The position numbers were made by a program, and so were the translations under genes. From Polyangiaceae bacterium (GTDB lineage: Bacteria; Myxococcota_A; Polyangia; Polyangiales; Polyangiaceae), in contig JBNKBE010000013.1 in NCBI GenBank assembly GCA_050287085.1, forward strand, positions 1-64,000: 64,000 bases of DNA, in the 5' to 3' direction. Below, piece by piece: positions 31,497-42,107 of the stretch (positions are counted from its first letter, which is position 1; the number at the start of each line of letters is the position of its first letter). Below the pieces are notes generated by a model. The model was not told the origin of the DNA. It did not search any database and was given only the letters and a program-made list of their open reading frames with translations.

Positions 31497-33131
31497 TCAT
31501 TGTCCCCCCTCCATCCCGCCGCTGACGTCGCGCATCTTGTGGTTCGCGCTCAAACTCTTCGGGCGCTCCGCGATGAGCGCCTCGGTAGTGAGCATGAGCC
31601 CGGCCACCGACGCGGCGTTCTGCAGCGCTACTCTCACTACCTTCGTCGGATCGATGACTCCCGAAGCGACCAAGTCCTCGTACTCGCCCGAGAGGGCGTT
31701 GTAGCCATAGGCGTCCTGGCCTTGGCGTACCTTGTTCACGACCACCGCGCCATCGACTCCCGCGTTCTGTGAAATTTGACGTAGCGGCTCCTCGAGCGCT
31801 CGGCGGATGATGTTTACGCCGAACTGCTGTTCACCTTCGAGCTTCAGCATCGAAAGAGCTGGCAGCGTTCGCAACAGCGCCACGCCGCCTCCAGGCACGA
31901 TGCCCTCCTCGACGGCGGCGCGAGTTGCATGGAGTGCGTCTTCGACGCGCGCCTTCTTCTCGTTCATCTCCGTCTCGGTGGCCGCTCCAACTCTGATGAC
32001 GGCAACACCACCCGCGAGCTTGGCGAGCCGCTCTTGTAGCTTCTCCCGGTCATAGTCCGAGCCAGCCTCCTCGATCTGTGACAGAAGCTGACTCGCCCGC
32101 GCCTGAATGTCTTCCTTCTTGCCACCGCCCTCGATGAGGGTTGTGGTGTCCTTGTCGACGATGACCGTCTTGGCCCGACCCAGGGTGGATAGCGCTACTT
32201 TCTCCAGCTTGAGGCCGAGATCGCTGGTCGAAGCCTGCGCGCCGGTCAGGACCGCCAAGTCATTCAGCATTTCGGCGCGGCGGTCGCCGAAACCTGGCGC
32301 TTTGACGGCGCAGATGTGAAGCGTTCCGCGAAGCTTGTTGACCACCAACGTTGCTAGAGCGTCGTTGTCGACGTCCTCGGCCACGATGAGCAACGGCTTG
32401 CCGGTATTGGCCACCTGTTCGAGCAACGGCAGCAGTTCACGCATGTTCGATAACTTCTTCTCGCAAATGAGAATGTAGGCGTCGCTGAGGACCACTTCCA
32501 TGCGCTCTGCGTCGGTGATGAAGTACGGCGACAGGTAGCCGCGTTCGAACTGCATTCCCTCGACGAAGTCCAGTGTGGTCTCCATCGACTTCGCTTCCTC
32601 GATGGTGATGACGCCCTCCTTACCGACCTTCTCCATCGCCTCGGCGATCAGGTTGCCGATGGTCTCGTCTCCGTTGGCGCTGAGGCTGCCCACCTGAGCG
32701 ATTTCGTGTCTTCCCTTGGTCGGCCTCGAATGCTTTCTCAGCTGGGCGACAACCTCCTCCACAGCGAAATCTATCCCGCGCTTGATCTCCATCGGATTGG
32801 CCCCGGCCGCGACCAACTTAGCCCCCTCCGTATAGATCGCTTGCGCGAGCACGGTCGCGGTGGTGGTGCCGTCCCCGGCCACATCGGAGGTCTTGGACGA
32901 GACCTCCTTCACCATTTGTGCTCCAACGTTCGCGAGGCGGTTCTCGAGTTCGATCTCCTCGGCGACTGTAACGCCATCCTTGGTGATAGTTGGGGTACCC
33001 CATGCCTGATCGAGGAGGACGTTGCGTCCGCGGGGTCCGAGCGTGACCTTCACCGCATTGGCGAGCGTGTTGAGTCCATGCGCTATCTGACTGCGTGCGG
33101 CGGTATTGAATAGAATGTCCTTGGCGCTCAT
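31497..33131 (-). CDS. groEL: Chaperonin GroEL (no adjacent groES)
   Basis: [39 protein letters not shown]. Confidence 0.98.
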   Translation of the reverse strand: MSAKDILFNTAARSQIAHGLNTLANAVKVTLGPRGRNVLLDQAWGTPTITKDGVTVAEEIELENRLANVGAQMVKEVSSKTSDVAGDGTTTATVLAQAIYTEGAKLVAAGANPMEIKRGIDFAVEEVVAQLRKHSRPTKGRHEIAQVGSLSANGDETIGNLIAEAMEKVGKEGVITIEEAKSMETTLDFVEGMQFERGYLSPYFITDAERMEVVLSDAYILICEKKLSNMRELLPLLEQVANTGKPLLIVAEDVDNDALATLVVNKLRGTLHICAVKAPGFGDRRAEMLNDLAVLTGAQASTSDLGLKLEKVALSTLGRAKTVIVDKDTTTLIEGGGKKEDIQARASQLLSQIEEAGSDYDREKLQERLAKLAGGVAVIRVGAATETEMNEKKARVEDALHATRAAVEEGIVPGGGVALLRTLPALSMLKLEGEQQFGVNIIRRALEEPLRQISQNAGVDGAVVVNKVRQGQDAYGYNALSGEYEDLVASGVIDPTKVVRVALQNAASVAGLMLTTEALIAERPKSLSANHKMRDVSGGMEGGQ

Positions 33132-34210
33132 GTGCCACCCCCAGTGTCATCGAGGCGAAGCGTATCGCTCGGTCTCGTGGCATCGACCCGGCCCGAGTTC
33201 CCCGATGAGCGCGCGGCGGATTCATGCCTGCGGCCGTCCATGGCGCGAGAACCGTCAGGCATCATCGAGGAGCGAGCCGGGACCGAGTTGGAGGCCCTCA
33301 CGGTCTGGTCGGCCTCCATCATGGCGTTGCGCATTTGCTCGGTGAGCGTGGTGAGATTCCCAGGCGAATGTGGGATCAGAATCGCATTGGTCCGCGACGA
33401 TGCGCCTATCTCCTTGAGCATGTCGAAGTACTGAGTCATGAGCACAAGGTTCATCACGTCTTTGGCGGTCGTGCCGGGGACGGATTTCCGAAACTCATCG
33501 ACCGAGTCCCTGAGGCCGGCCACGATTGCTTGGCGTTGGTCTGCGATTCCGCGCCCCTGAAGCGCTTTGCTCTGCGCGTCGCCCTCGGCTGCCTTGACGC
33601 GGAGGATGCGATCCGCCTCGCCTCTTTCGGTCGCGGCGACCCGCATTCTCTGCGCGGCGTTGATCTCGTTCATCGACTCTTTGACTTTGGGATCTGGGTC
33701 GATGTCCGTGACGAGGGCCTTGAGGATGCCGTACCCAAAGTCCTCCATGACTTGAGCCAACTCGCTCTTGACGATGTTCGCGATGTCGTCCTTTTTCTCA
33801 AAGACGTCATCGAGCGGTATCTTGGGCACCTGTGCTCGTACGACGTCGAACACAAACGAGGTGATCTGCCGGCGCGCGTCGTCGAGCTTGTAATAGGCGT
33901 CGTAGACTTTGTCGGGCAGCACGTAGTACTGAACCGCCACGACCATCCGGACGAAGACGTTGTCTTCGGTCTTCGTCTCGATCTCGACGTCGAGCTGTTG
34001 GACCCGAAGGTTAACGCGAGCGACGACCCGGTCGACGAACGGGATCTTGAGCTGAATGCCGGGCCCAGCCTCCCGCATGAACTTGCCCAAGCGTTGAACG
34101 ATGGCTGCCGTTCGCTGCTCGACGGTGAAGAAGGTTGCGCCGAGCAAGGAGAAGAGAGCGATACCCGATACGACGAAGGCAACAAGAAAGACGGGGATTT
34201 CGGGGAACAT
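33128..34210 (-). CDS. SPFH/band 7 domain protein
   Basis: N-terminal [36 protein letters not shown]. Confidence 0.9.
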   Translation of the reverse strand: MFPEIPVFLVAFVVSGIALFSLLGATFFTVEQRTAAIVQRLGKFMREAGPGIQLKIPFVDRVVARVNLRVQQLDVEIETKTEDNVFVRMVVAVQYYVLPDKVYDAYYKLDDARRQITSFVFDVVRAQVPKIPLDDVFEKKDDIANIVKSELAQVMEDFGYGILKALVTDIDPDPKVKESMNEINAAQRMRVAATERGEADRILRVKAAEGDAQSKALQGRGIADQRQAIVAGLRDSVDEFRKSVPGTTAKDVMNLVLMTQYFDMLKEIGASSRTNAILIPHSPGNLTTLTEQMRNAMMEADQTVRASNSVPARSSMMPDGSRAMDGRRHESAARSSGNSGRVDATRPSDTLRLDDTGGGT

Positions 34211-34221
34211 GCCGCAGATGC

Positions 34222-34237
34222 TGCACAAAGCGGGCCA
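34222..34237 (-). promoter_or_regulatory. Candidate sigma54 (-24/-12) promoter of the SPFH-GroEL operon
   Basis: Minus strand TGGCCCGCTTTGTGCA = GG-N10-GC. Confidence 0.6.
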
Positions 34238-34334
34238 TCTGAATTCCCCAACAATAACGTGACACTGTCAGCCCAGCGCGGGTATCCAATATCAAACTGA
34301 CCTCTGCGACATCATTTTGACGTAGCGGTGAATC

Positions 34335-34500
34335 ATGAAAACCGCGGACCTGAGCGCCCACGAGTTGCTGGAGATGAATCTCGATGAGAGGGGGTCCTCC
34401 GCTTTCGCAGACCCGCGCGCTCTGGTCATCGATGCGGTCGCGCGCCGGGGCTCATGCGCAAGTACGTGCTCGAGAACATCGGCTACGGCTTTCCCATCGA
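34335..34500 (+). pseudogene. XylR N-terminal (sigma54 activator) remnant
   Basis: MKTADLSAHELLE...F...RALVIDAVA, frameshift, LMRKYVLENIG; truncated; divergent from the sigma54 promoter. Confidence 0.5.
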
Positions 34501-34501
34501 A

Positions 34502-34816
34502 TCACTTCGCCACATGAGCTACCCCCTCGCGCAGCAGCGCCCGCCATCGCTGTCGGTCGGGCCGCGGCACCGAGAGCCATTCCTTGAATACCTTCTTCGC
34601 CGGCGCAAACGGCTGGCCCTTGCCCTGGTCGATGAGCTCCGCCACTCGGCTCTTCGGCAGCTTCACAACAAGCCCCGAACCCTTGTAGTCAACGAGCGCC
34701 AGAAACTCCTTGCCCACCCTGAGGCAGCGGCCGTTCATGATGGTGCCCTCGACAACCCGCGGGTCTTCAGCGTAAAGCTCGGCGGCGAGCTCCCAGAATA
34801 GCTCGTCGGCGTTCAT
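34502..34816 (-). CDS. TfoX/MmcQ-like small protein
   Basis: LRVGKEFLA...LVVKLP.SRV.ELI..G.G.PF...KEW. Confidence 0.65.
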   Translation of the reverse strand: MNADELFWELAAELYAEDPRVVEGTIMNGRCLRVGKEFLALVDYKGSGLVVKLPKSRVAELIDQGKGQPFAPAKKVFKEWLSVPRPDRQRWRALLREGVAHVAK

Positions 34817-35502
34817 GTCTTCTTGCCCCTTCCTTGGCCGAGCTCCGCAACGAGCCATGCGTGTACAGGAAGCAGGTCTTTCAGGCGTTTGACACACCAC
34901 TCCGCAAAGGCTGGCTTGCCCACCACAGCCGGCAGTGGCTCGCGAAATCGGATCTGAAAGCCAGTCAGACGCAATAGCTCGGAGCGCGGGTGGTCCTCGC
35001 CCCACGGACTTGGCACCCGTTTGACTCGCTCGCCCGCCACCTCGATCTCGTGGCGATGGTGTTTCTTGGTCAGTGCCGCGATGCGCTGGGCGAGCTCTTG
35101 GCCGCGATCAGCCCCCACGGCCTCGCGCCAGCGCGTGCGGACATCCGGCGTGAACGCCACACCGCTCGCAAAGCCAACGGAGCCGGCGTCCACCCGAACC
35201 CACAAGGTCGGGGCCGTCTTCTTATCCGGCCCCTGCCACGCAGTCAGAAGGAGGTGATCCTTGTAGCGCGGCGTGTCCGGCGCGGCGAAGCGGCGATCCC
35301 GATGCAGCGGCGACACCGAGCCGCGCCGATCGACGCAGAGCTCGGCGTCCAGGGCCGCGGCGACAGCCTCGATGAGCGCAAGGCCGGGGGCGCGCAGACC
35401 GTGAGCGATCAGTTCCTTCACGTCGGCGTAGTGATTTTCATCGAATGTAGAAAGCCTGTCGAGTAGCTCTATGGCACTCGAATTGAAACCGTTGAAACTC
35501 AC
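34813..35502 (-). CDS. DUF2461-like protein
   Basis: F.GF, LHRDRRFA....YKDH, KRVP......HPRSELLR. Confidence 0.7.
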   Translation of the reverse strand: MSFNGFNSSAIELLDRLSTFDENHYADVKELIAHGLRAPGLALIEAVAAALDAELCVDRRGSVSPLHRDRRFAAPDTPRYKDHLLLTAWQGPDKKTAPTLWVRVDAGSVGFASGVAFTPDVRTRWREAVGADRGQELAQRIAALTKKHHRHEIEVAGERVKRVPSPWGEDHPRSELLRLTGFQIRFREPLPAVVGKPAFAEWCVKRLKDLLPVHAWLVAELGQGRGKKT

Positions 35503-36746
35503 GATACCTCCTGAGCAAGTTGAGCCATACGCTCCTCGATCTGAGAAGCCTCCGCATCATTGCGGGCGACACGGCGCGCCGCTTCCAAGCTCTCGCGCGC
35601 CTCGGCAGTGCGCCCCAGCTCGGCGAGCAGTGTGCCCCGCACCAGATGCACATAAGGGTATTGACCTGCGTCGATAGTGCCGCAATCATCTAGTAGCGCC
35701 AGCCCCGCCTCGGGGCCGCGAGCGCGCGCTAGGGCAAAGGCGCGATTGACCCTCACGGCCGGCGTTGGTCGAAGCCCCTCCAACAAGCCGTAGAGCCTTT
35801 CGATTTCGTGCCAGTGAGTGTCCACTGCCGTGGGAGCGCGGCAGTGAATAGCTGAAATCGCGGCCTCGATTTGGAAGGGGCCCGAGTAAGGGCTCGCACG
35901 CGCCGCCTCGAGCAAATGGGTCGCGTATTCGATAGCCGCGTGGTCCCACCGAGAGCGGTCCTGCTCGGGGATCGGCACCGGCCGACCCCCGGCGCCAAGA
36001 CGCGCATCTCGACGGGCGTCGTGCAACATGAGAAGCGCCAAGAGCGCGATCGCCTCGGGCTCTCGCGGAAAGGCCTCGACCAGAGAGTGCGCAAGCCCAA
36101 TGGCGAGCCGGCATAGCTCAGAGCGAATGGGTGTGGTCTTTTCGCTAGACCAGTAGCCCTCGTTGAAGAGCAGATGGATCACGCGCAGCACAGCGTCGAG
36201 CCGTTCGCGCGAGCGCTCCGGTGTCGCTCCGTCCGGATCGCCGCGTTCGCGCAGGCGACGGCGCGCGCGGGTTAAGCGCTTCTCCATCGAACGCGCTTCC
36301 GAAACGAACGCCGCGGCGATCTCATTGACGGACAACCCCACCACCGTAGACAGACACAGCGCCGCGCTTTCACCAGGCTCGAGCGCCGGATGGCAGCAAG
36401 CGAAGACCAAACGCAGCAGCTCGTCCTTCCATCCGCGACCGACGTCCGGCTCGCCCAGGGCAACGCGAACCCATGGGCTCATCTGGCTGAGCGTCTCGAG
36501 CGCGTCCTGTTGCGGCGCTTCCCACTTTGCCCTTCGCCTACGGTCGCGGTGTTTGTTGGTGGCCGCAGTCAGAAGCCATGCTTCCGGCGAATCGGGCATG
36601 CCGCGCTCGGGCCACGTAGATAGGGCAGCCACGAGCGCTTCCTGGACAGCGTCTTCGGCCTCCGGAAGGCTGCGCGTGACCCCAAGGGTCCGCGAAAGTA
36701 CCCGGGGGTAGACCCGGCGCAACGTATCCGCAGGGGTCTCGTTCAT
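35499..36746 (-). CDS. ECF42-type sigma factor with C-terminal TPR extension
   Basis: AEDAVQEAL, LRLVFACCHPAL, LLFNEGY, EQDRSRWD. Confidence 0.9.
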   Translation of the reverse strand: MNETPADTLRRVYPRVLSRTLGVTRSLPEAEDAVQEALVAALSTWPERGMPDSPEAWLLTAATNKHRDRRRRAKWEAPQQDALETLSQMSPWVRVALGEPDVGRGWKDELLRLVFACCHPALEPGESAALCLSTVVGLSVNEIAAAFVSEARSMEKRLTRARRRLRERGDPDGATPERSRERLDAVLRVIHLLFNEGYWSSEKTTPIRSELCRLAIGLAHSLVEAFPREPEAIALLALLMLHDARRDARLGAGGRPVPIPEQDRSRWDHAAIEYATHLLEAARASPYSGPFQIEAAISAIHCRAPTAVDTHWHEIERLYGLLEGLRPTPAVRVNRAFALARARGPEAGLALLDDCGTIDAGQYPYVHLVRGTLLAELGRTAEARESLEAARRVARNDAEASQIEERMAQLAQEVS

Positions 36747-37102
36747 GGCTCGCGTCGCCACGCCACGGGTCTGACCTCGATCGCATGATCGTCCACCGGA
36801 CAGATAGTCTGAGCGCGAGCCATGGCCTCGGCTTCGTCGACACAGTCGACGACATAGAACCCGACAAGCCACTCCTTGGTGTCGATATACGGACCGTCGG
36901 TCACGTCGTGTGCGCCACCGCGAAGCCGAACCGTCCGCGCCGTCTCAACGCCGGCCAGTCTCGCGACGGCGTGCAAGTCGCCCTTTGCTTCGGTCTCCGT
37001 CTGTAGAGCCCGGTGTCCCACAAGCGCTCGCTCAGAGCTCTCGGCGCTCGGCTCCGCGGGAGCTGTCCTGTAGATGAGCAGTGCATAAGGGATCTTCTTC
37101 AT
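36743..37102 (-). CDS. YciI/DGPF-family protein
   Basis: TDGPYIDTKEWLVGFY...IEVRP. Confidence 0.9.
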   Translation of the reverse strand: MKKIPYALLIYRTAPAEPSAESSERALVGHRALQTETEAKGDLHAVARLAGVETARTVRLRGGAHDVTDGPYIDTKEWLVGFYVVDCVDEAEAMARAQTICPVDDHAIEVRPVAWRREP

Positions 37103-37512
37103 CAGCCATTCTCCTCGTGCCGCAGCGCGATAACTAGACCCAGAGCTGCAAACGATACCACCTCGTAGACCGTCTCCAGAACAAGGTAGGTGACGCCGTC
37201 AGCGAACCGGAACTTGCCGACCTCGACCCAGATCGCCCCGGCGGCGAGGAAGAGGCCGGCAAGCGCACCGAACAAGAGCCCGGAGCGCACGGCTGAACCG
37301 GGGCGATGAAAGCGAGGGTAGAGCCAAATGAGCATAACGCCATGCACCACCATCGCGCTCATCCCGAGGGGTACGATGGGCTCGGCCCTCGCAAACGGTG
37401 TTGCGGCCGCAAGGGTCGCCTTGAAGAGCACGAGATGCCAAACCACCGCGACTGTCAGGTTCAAAACGACGTAGATCGCGAGCGTTGCGGCCGAGCGCGC
37501 CATCGCCCTCAT
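37102..37512 (-). CDS. Four-TM hypothetical membrane protein
   Basis: Four hydrophobic segments; coupled to both neighbours. Confidence 0.65.
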   Translation of the reverse strand: MRAMARSAATLAIYVVLNLTVAVVWHLVLFKATLAAATPFARAEPIVPLGMSAMVVHGVMLIWLYPRFHRPGSAVRSGLLFGALAGLFLAAGAIWVEVGKFRFADGVTYLVLETVYEVVSFAALGLVIALRHEENG

Positions 37513-37844
37513 ACCTTCCGCCACAGAGCAATCGCCGCGCCACCAGGGTCGCGGACAACCGAGAACTCGCCAGCGGGGCCACGCGCTTTCTCCTTGAGCA
37601 CTGTCGCACCGAGCTCCTTCGCCCTTGTGGTGGCGGCATCGACATCGTCCACGGGGGCGTAGGGGATCCAGCCGACCGCCCGCTCGTCGGCGCCGACGGC
37701 CGCGAAAGGACCCTTCTCACCCGCAAATAGCGTCATCCCGGGCGGCCCCTCCGTGCGCTTCCAGCCGAGTAGGGACTCGTAGAACTCAACGGACTCATTG
37801 GGGTTTTTGCTGCTGTTATGAAACCAAATAAACGCTTCAGACAT
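37509..37844 (-). CDS. VOC/glyoxalase family protein
   Basis: FIWF...FYESLLGW...WIPY..VDDVD...DPGGA. Confidence 0.85.
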   Translation of the reverse strand: MSEAFIWFHNSSKNPNESVEFYESLLGWKRTEGPPGMTLFAGEKGPFAAVGADERAVGWIPYAPVDDVDAATTRAKELGATVLKEKARGPAGEFSVVRDPGGAAIALWRKV

Positions 37845-37891
37845 GGGAGTTCCTCCTGCTGGCCCCAACCGTCTCGGGCTTTCATTCCAAA

Positions 37892-37918
37892 GACGATCGA
37901 GAGCCGCCCTCCAGGACA
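37892..37918 (-). promoter_or_regulatory. Variant ECF42-type promoter
   Basis: Minus strand TGTCCT-N17-CGTC upstream of the VOC-DGPF-ECF42 operon. Confidence 0.55.
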
Positions 37919-38132
37919 GGTCCCCCGAAAAAAGATCCCCTTCGAAACGTTTGCCGAAAACTCGATTGCATACGCCGCGCTTCGGCGCCGGGTGAGCCAG
38001 GTCGATACCGACAGGCCCGGGCGCACTGCTCCGGTCTTGACGAGGGCAGCGGACCCACGGTCGGACGGCTCAGCCCCAAGGTGTGGTCCGCGGGCTTCCA
38101 CGGCCCTCCCGCGGCCGCTACAAACGTTTCCT

Positions 38133-39143
38133 TCAGCCGCGCCGACGGTCGACCCAGCGGAGGACGCGAAGCGCGCGAAGCGTGTTCATCCGGCTCGGCT
38201 CGCGACCACCTTCGATGCGAAAGTACTCCTCACCGGAGTGCCAGTTCTGGGCCCGCCATCGCCCATCGCCACGCTTTGCGTCCAACAAGACGTCCACCGC
38301 GTCGCCGAGGCGCTCATCCCAGGCTGCGTCCACGTTCGCGAAGTGCTCGAGACCACGCAAGACGTCGAAGTACCACCGCGGCGGAAACGACAGCTTCGCG
38401 AAGCTCGCCCTAACGATTTCCCCGGTGCGCTCGGACCGGTAGAGTCGATGCCGCAGGAAGTAGTCGCGGCCTTTCTCGACGGCACGCTGCACCCTGACGT
38501 CGGAGCCCCGGGCGGACTCGAACGCTGACAGCCCCTCGAGGGTGCTGATGGTGGTGTGAAAGGACGCGTGACGAGCCCCCCCCCGCCTTCGGTTGCAGTT
38601 CCAGCCCCCGTCGTCCATCTGCTCGGCGAGCAGCCAGTGCACCATGCGCTCACATCGCTCATCGCTGCCCAAGCCGAAGTAGCAGGCCATGGAAAGCAAC
38701 ATCGCCGTCACGCACGTGTCGGTCCACCCGCTGCTCCAGAGGCTCACTCCACCGCTCTCGGGCACGCCTTCGTCCAGCAAGAGGCAACAGCTGGCGCGAG
38801 CGCCTCGCTCGTTCGGCGGCATGCCCAAATGAGTCAACAGGCGCAGGGTGTAGAACGTCGACGTCCACTTGGGCTGATAGAGGCCACCGCCCCAGCGGCC
38901 ATCCGCACTCCGATGTGACAATAGCCGCGCTCCCCATCCTTCCCGCGCAACACGCCGTCGCGTTCTCGACCAGGTGGCCTCGGCGCGGCTCAAGATATCA
39001 CGCTGAACCTGCCACACAACCGCGGGATCGCCGCCGACAAGCCAGTCGACAACCTCGTCTGAAGCTCGTCCAAGCTCGCTCATCACCCCCGCATCAGCGG
39101 CCCTTTTGCCCGAATCCTCGCCCCCGTCAGCTATCTGCTCCAT
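38133..39143 (-). CDS. Prenyltransferase/squalene-cyclase repeat-like protein
   Basis: GGLYQPKWTST, EQMDDGGWNC, FPPRWYFDVLRGL, DGRW. Confidence 0.7.
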   Translation of the reverse strand: MEQIADGGEDSGKRAADAGVMSELGRASDEVVDWLVGGDPAVVWQVQRDILSRAEATWSRTRRRVAREGWGARLLSHRSADGRWGGGLYQPKWTSTFYTLRLLTHLGMPPNERGARASCCLLLDEGVPESGGVSLWSSGWTDTCVTAMLLSMACYFGLGSDERCERMVHWLLAEQMDDGGWNCNRRRGGARHASFHTTISTLEGLSAFESARGSDVRVQRAVEKGRDYFLRHRLYRSERTGEIVRASFAKLSFPPRWYFDVLRGLEHFANVDAAWDERLGDAVDVLLDAKRGDGRWRAQNWHSGEEYFRIEGGREPSRMNTLRALRVLRWVDRRRG

Positions 39144-39356
39144 AGACACATCCTCTCTGCTCTTCGCCCTCCTGAGCGCCGTCGAGCACGGCACCTCGCG
39201 CAAGCTTCCGACAATACCATGGCAGCCTGATGCCCGCGGCGGGAGCGCCGCCTCGACGCCGAACCGGCTCCGATAGCAGAGGTCGCCCCTTTGCCCCGCA
39301 ACTCCTACCCGCAGCAATGAGGAAAAGGCGGCGAATTGATTTTTGTAGACGGGGCG

Positions 39357-39383
39357 TGTCGATCAAACGTCAGCTCGTTCGTC
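39357..39383 (+). promoter_or_regulatory. ECF42-type promoter
   Basis: TGTCGA-N17-CGTC. Confidence 0.8.
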
Positions 39384-39430
39384 GTAGTGTCGGACGCCTT
39401 GATGAGGCGACATCAGCGAAAGGACAAGAC

Positions 39431-39889
39431 ATGCGAGTTATGGTGATAGTCAAGGGCGACGAGCAGGCGGCCAAGGCCATGCCCCAAAGCGAGAAGGAAG
39501 AGCTCTTTGCCGCGATGGGGAATTACAACGCTGAGCTGGTGAGAGCCGGCGTGCTGCTCGCGGGCGAAGGGCTTCAGCCGAGTGCGCGAGGCAAACGCGT
39601 GGTCTTCGCGGGCGGGACAATGCGGGTGGTCGACGGTCCTTTCAGCGAGACCCACGAGATCGTGGGTGGATTCTGGCTGTGGCAAGTGAAGAACCTGGAC
39701 GAGGCGCTCGAATGGGCTCGCCGTTGCCCCGTGAACAAGCAGCAGGTGAGCACCCTCGAACTGCGCCCGGTGTATGAAACGGAGGACTTCGGTCCGGAGC
39801 TAACGCCGGAGCTTCGCGAGCAAGAGGAGCGCTTGCGGGCGGAGGTCGCGGCGCATCAGGAGGCCCCGACGCGCGGTCGAACGCCGTGA
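39431..39889 (+). CDS. YciI/DGPF-family protein
   Basis: GEGLQPS...VDGPFSETHEIVGGFW...LELRP. Confidence 0.92.
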   Translation: MRVMVIVKGDEQAAKAMPQSEKEELFAAMGNYNAELVRAGVLLAGEGLQPSARGKRVVFAGGTMRVVDGPFSETHEIVGGFWLWQVKNLDEALEWARRCPVNKQQVSTLELRPVYETEDFGPELTPELREQEERLRAEVAAHQEAPTRGRTP

Positions 39890-41172
39890 TCCAGCAAGCC
39901 ACCCGTGGCGCGATTGAAGCCGTGTGGCGGCTCGAGTCCGCGCGGCTGCTCGGCGGGCTCCTGCGTCTGGTCCGCGACGTCGACCTCGCCGAAGATCTGT
40001 CGCAGGAAGCACTTGTTGTCGCGCTCGAACGCTGGCCCGAAACTGGCATTCCGGACAACCCGGGCGCGTGGCTGATGACGACCGCAAGAAACAAGGCCGT
40101 AGACAGCCTCCGCCGGCGCAGGCTGATCGAGCGCAAGCACGAGCTCATCGAGAGCGAAATTTCAGACTCTCCGGGGCATTGGCCCGACATTGAGAGCCAC
40201 GTCGACGAGGACGTCGGCGACGACGTCCTTCGGCTGATCCTGGTTGCGTGCCATCCGGTTCTGTCGCCGGAGGCCCGCGCAGCGCTCACCTTGCGCCTGC
40301 TCGGAGGGCTGACCACCGAGGCCATCGCACGAGCGTTTCTGCTTCCGGAGTCGACCGTCGCCCAACGCATCGTTCGCGCTAAGCGCACCCTTGCTGAGGC
40401 GCGGGTGCCTTTCGAAGTGCCGCAAGGCGCGGAGCTCGCCCGGCGTTTGCCGTCCGTGCTCGAAGTCCTCTATCTCATCTTCAACGAAGGGTACGCCGCC
40501 ACGCGCGGCGACAACTGGATGCGGCTGGACCTCATGCAGGACGCCCTCCGCCTCGTTCGCATGCTCACCTATTTGGTTCCAGACGCGGCCGAAGCCCATG
40601 GGCTCGCGGCGCTGATGGAACTCCAAGCTTCTCGCGCTCGATCACGGCTCGGCCCCGCCGGAGAGCCGATTCTGCTGCTCGACCAGGACCGATCGCGTTG
40701 GGACCGGACGTTGATCCAACGCGGCCTCGTCGCCCTGTCGCGCGCCAGCGCCCTGGCAGAGCCGCTCGGCCCATACACGCTGCAAGCAGCGATTGCCGCC
40801 TGCCACGCGCGCGCGCGCGACCGTGACGACACCGACTGGACGAAGATCGTGGCGCTCTACGACGCGCTCGTGGAGGTGACCGGTTCAGCCGTGGTCGAGC
40901 TGAACCGCGCCGTTGCCGTCGCGATGGCGTTCGGGCCTGCCGCCGGACTCGAAATCGCCGATGCGCTCGTGGACGAGCCCATGCTGCGCGACTACCACTT
41001 GCTGCCGAGTGTTCGCGGCGACCTTCTCTTCAGGCTGGGTCGCATCGCTGAAGCACGACTCGAGTTCGAGCGCGCAGCGCGCTTGGCCCCCAATGCACGT
41101 GAGCAATCCCTGCTCCTGAACCGCGCAAAGGGGTGCCGCCCCAACGAACGGCCGACAAGAACGGGGGCTTGA
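39886..41172 (+). CDS. ECF42 sigma factor with TPR extension
   Basis: WRLESARL, LRLILVACHPVL, YLIFNEGY, DQDRSRWD, GPYTLQAAIAACH. Confidence 0.93.
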   Translation: MIQQATRGAIEAVWRLESARLLGGLLRLVRDVDLAEDLSQEALVVALERWPETGIPDNPGAWLMTTARNKAVDSLRRRRLIERKHELIESEISDSPGHWPDIESHVDEDVGDDVLRLILVACHPVLSPEARAALTLRLLGGLTTEAIARAFLLPESTVAQRIVRAKRTLAEARVPFEVPQGAELARRLPSVLEVLYLIFNEGYAATRGDNWMRLDLMQDALRLVRMLTYLVPDAAEAHGLAALMELQASRARSRLGPAGEPILLLDQDRSRWDRTLIQRGLVALSRASALAEPLGPYTLQAAIAACHARARDRDDTDWTKIVALYDALVEVTGSAVVELNRAVAVAMAFGPAAGLEIADALVDEPMLRDYHLLPSVRGDLLFRLGRIAEARLEFERAARLAPNAREQSLLLNRAKGCRPNERPTRTGA

Positions 41173-41183
41173 AACAACCGCGG

Positions 41184-41210
41184 TGTCGATCGCGCACCCA
41201 TTCAATCGTC
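41184..41210 (+). promoter_or_regulatory. ECF42-type promoter
   Basis: TGTCGA-N17-CGTC. Confidence 0.8.
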
Positions 41211-41277
41211 GCACCGATACAGACAGGCTGCTGCGGTCACCTGCGACGGCCCCAATCCCTAGCGAAGGACAACAACG

Positions 41278-42000
41278 ATGAAATTCATGGTGATGCACAA
41301 ACACAACAAGAACACTGAAGCTGGCAAATTGCCCTCCCCCGAGTTCATTGCGGCGATGGGCGCCCTCATCGGTGGCGCAGCCCAAAGCGGCAAGCTGCTG
41401 GACGGGGAGGGCTTGGGCGCGACTCGAACGCGCTCACGGGTCACCTTTGAAGGCGGCACCCAAAAGAAGGTCGAACACGGGCCTTTTGCCGGCAGCAACG
41501 AGCTAGCGTCGGGGTTTGCAAAGGTGACTGTCACGTCCCGGGACGAGGCGCTGGGCCTGGCTAGGAAAATCGGAGAGGCTATCGGCGGCGACCTGGAGAT
41601 AGAAGTCAGCAAGCTCACCGAGGTGTGGGATCTCGGGGTGGCCGAACGACCCGCGGACGCCCCAGAGCGCTATCTCATCATCTACAAGGCAACCTCTGCC
41701 TCGGAGGCAGGTCGCGCACCACAACTGGACCTGCTGATGCGGCAGCTGAGCGACCAGGGGGTCGTTACTGCCTCCGCCCTATTGACGCCCTCGTCCCAGG
41801 CCAAGCGCCTCATCTGGCGCGGGGGCCAGCGCCGCATGATCGACGGCCCCTTCACCGAGTCCAAAGAGCTGATCGGCGGCTACGCGATCCTCGACCTTTC
41901 GTCGCTCGAGGAATGCCTCGCCTTCAGCCTGGAGTACGCGGAGCTCATGCTGACCTCAACGGATGGCCAGAACCTTGAAATCGACATCCGCCCCCTATGA
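41278..42000 (+). CDS. Tandem two-domain YciI/DGPF protein
   Basis: HGPFAGSNEL in the first domain and DGPFTESKELIGGY in the second. Confidence 0.88.
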   Translation: MKFMVMHKHNKNTEAGKLPSPEFIAAMGALIGGAAQSGKLLDGEGLGATRTRSRVTFEGGTQKKVEHGPFAGSNELASGFAKVTVTSRDEALGLARKIGEAIGGDLEIEVSKLTEVWDLGVAERPADAPERYLIIYKATSASEAGRAPQLDLLMRQLSDQGVVTASALLTPSSQAKRLIWRGGQRRMIDGPFTESKELIGGYAILDLSSLEECLAFSLEYAELMLTSTDGQNLEIDIRPL

Positions 42001-42063
42001 AACCGCCTGCTTCGCGGGGCCACTGCTAGGCGTCCGGCGCTTGCCAAAAAAGTTCGGTCGCCA

Positions 42064-42090
42064 TGTCGAGAGTCCGAGCTCTGGTTCGAC
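42064..42090 (+). promoter_or_regulatory. ECF42-type promoter (orphaned)
   Basis: TGTCGA-N17-CGAC. Confidence 0.7.
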
Positions 42091-42107
42091 CTAGTTTGAG
42101 CGGCCAC

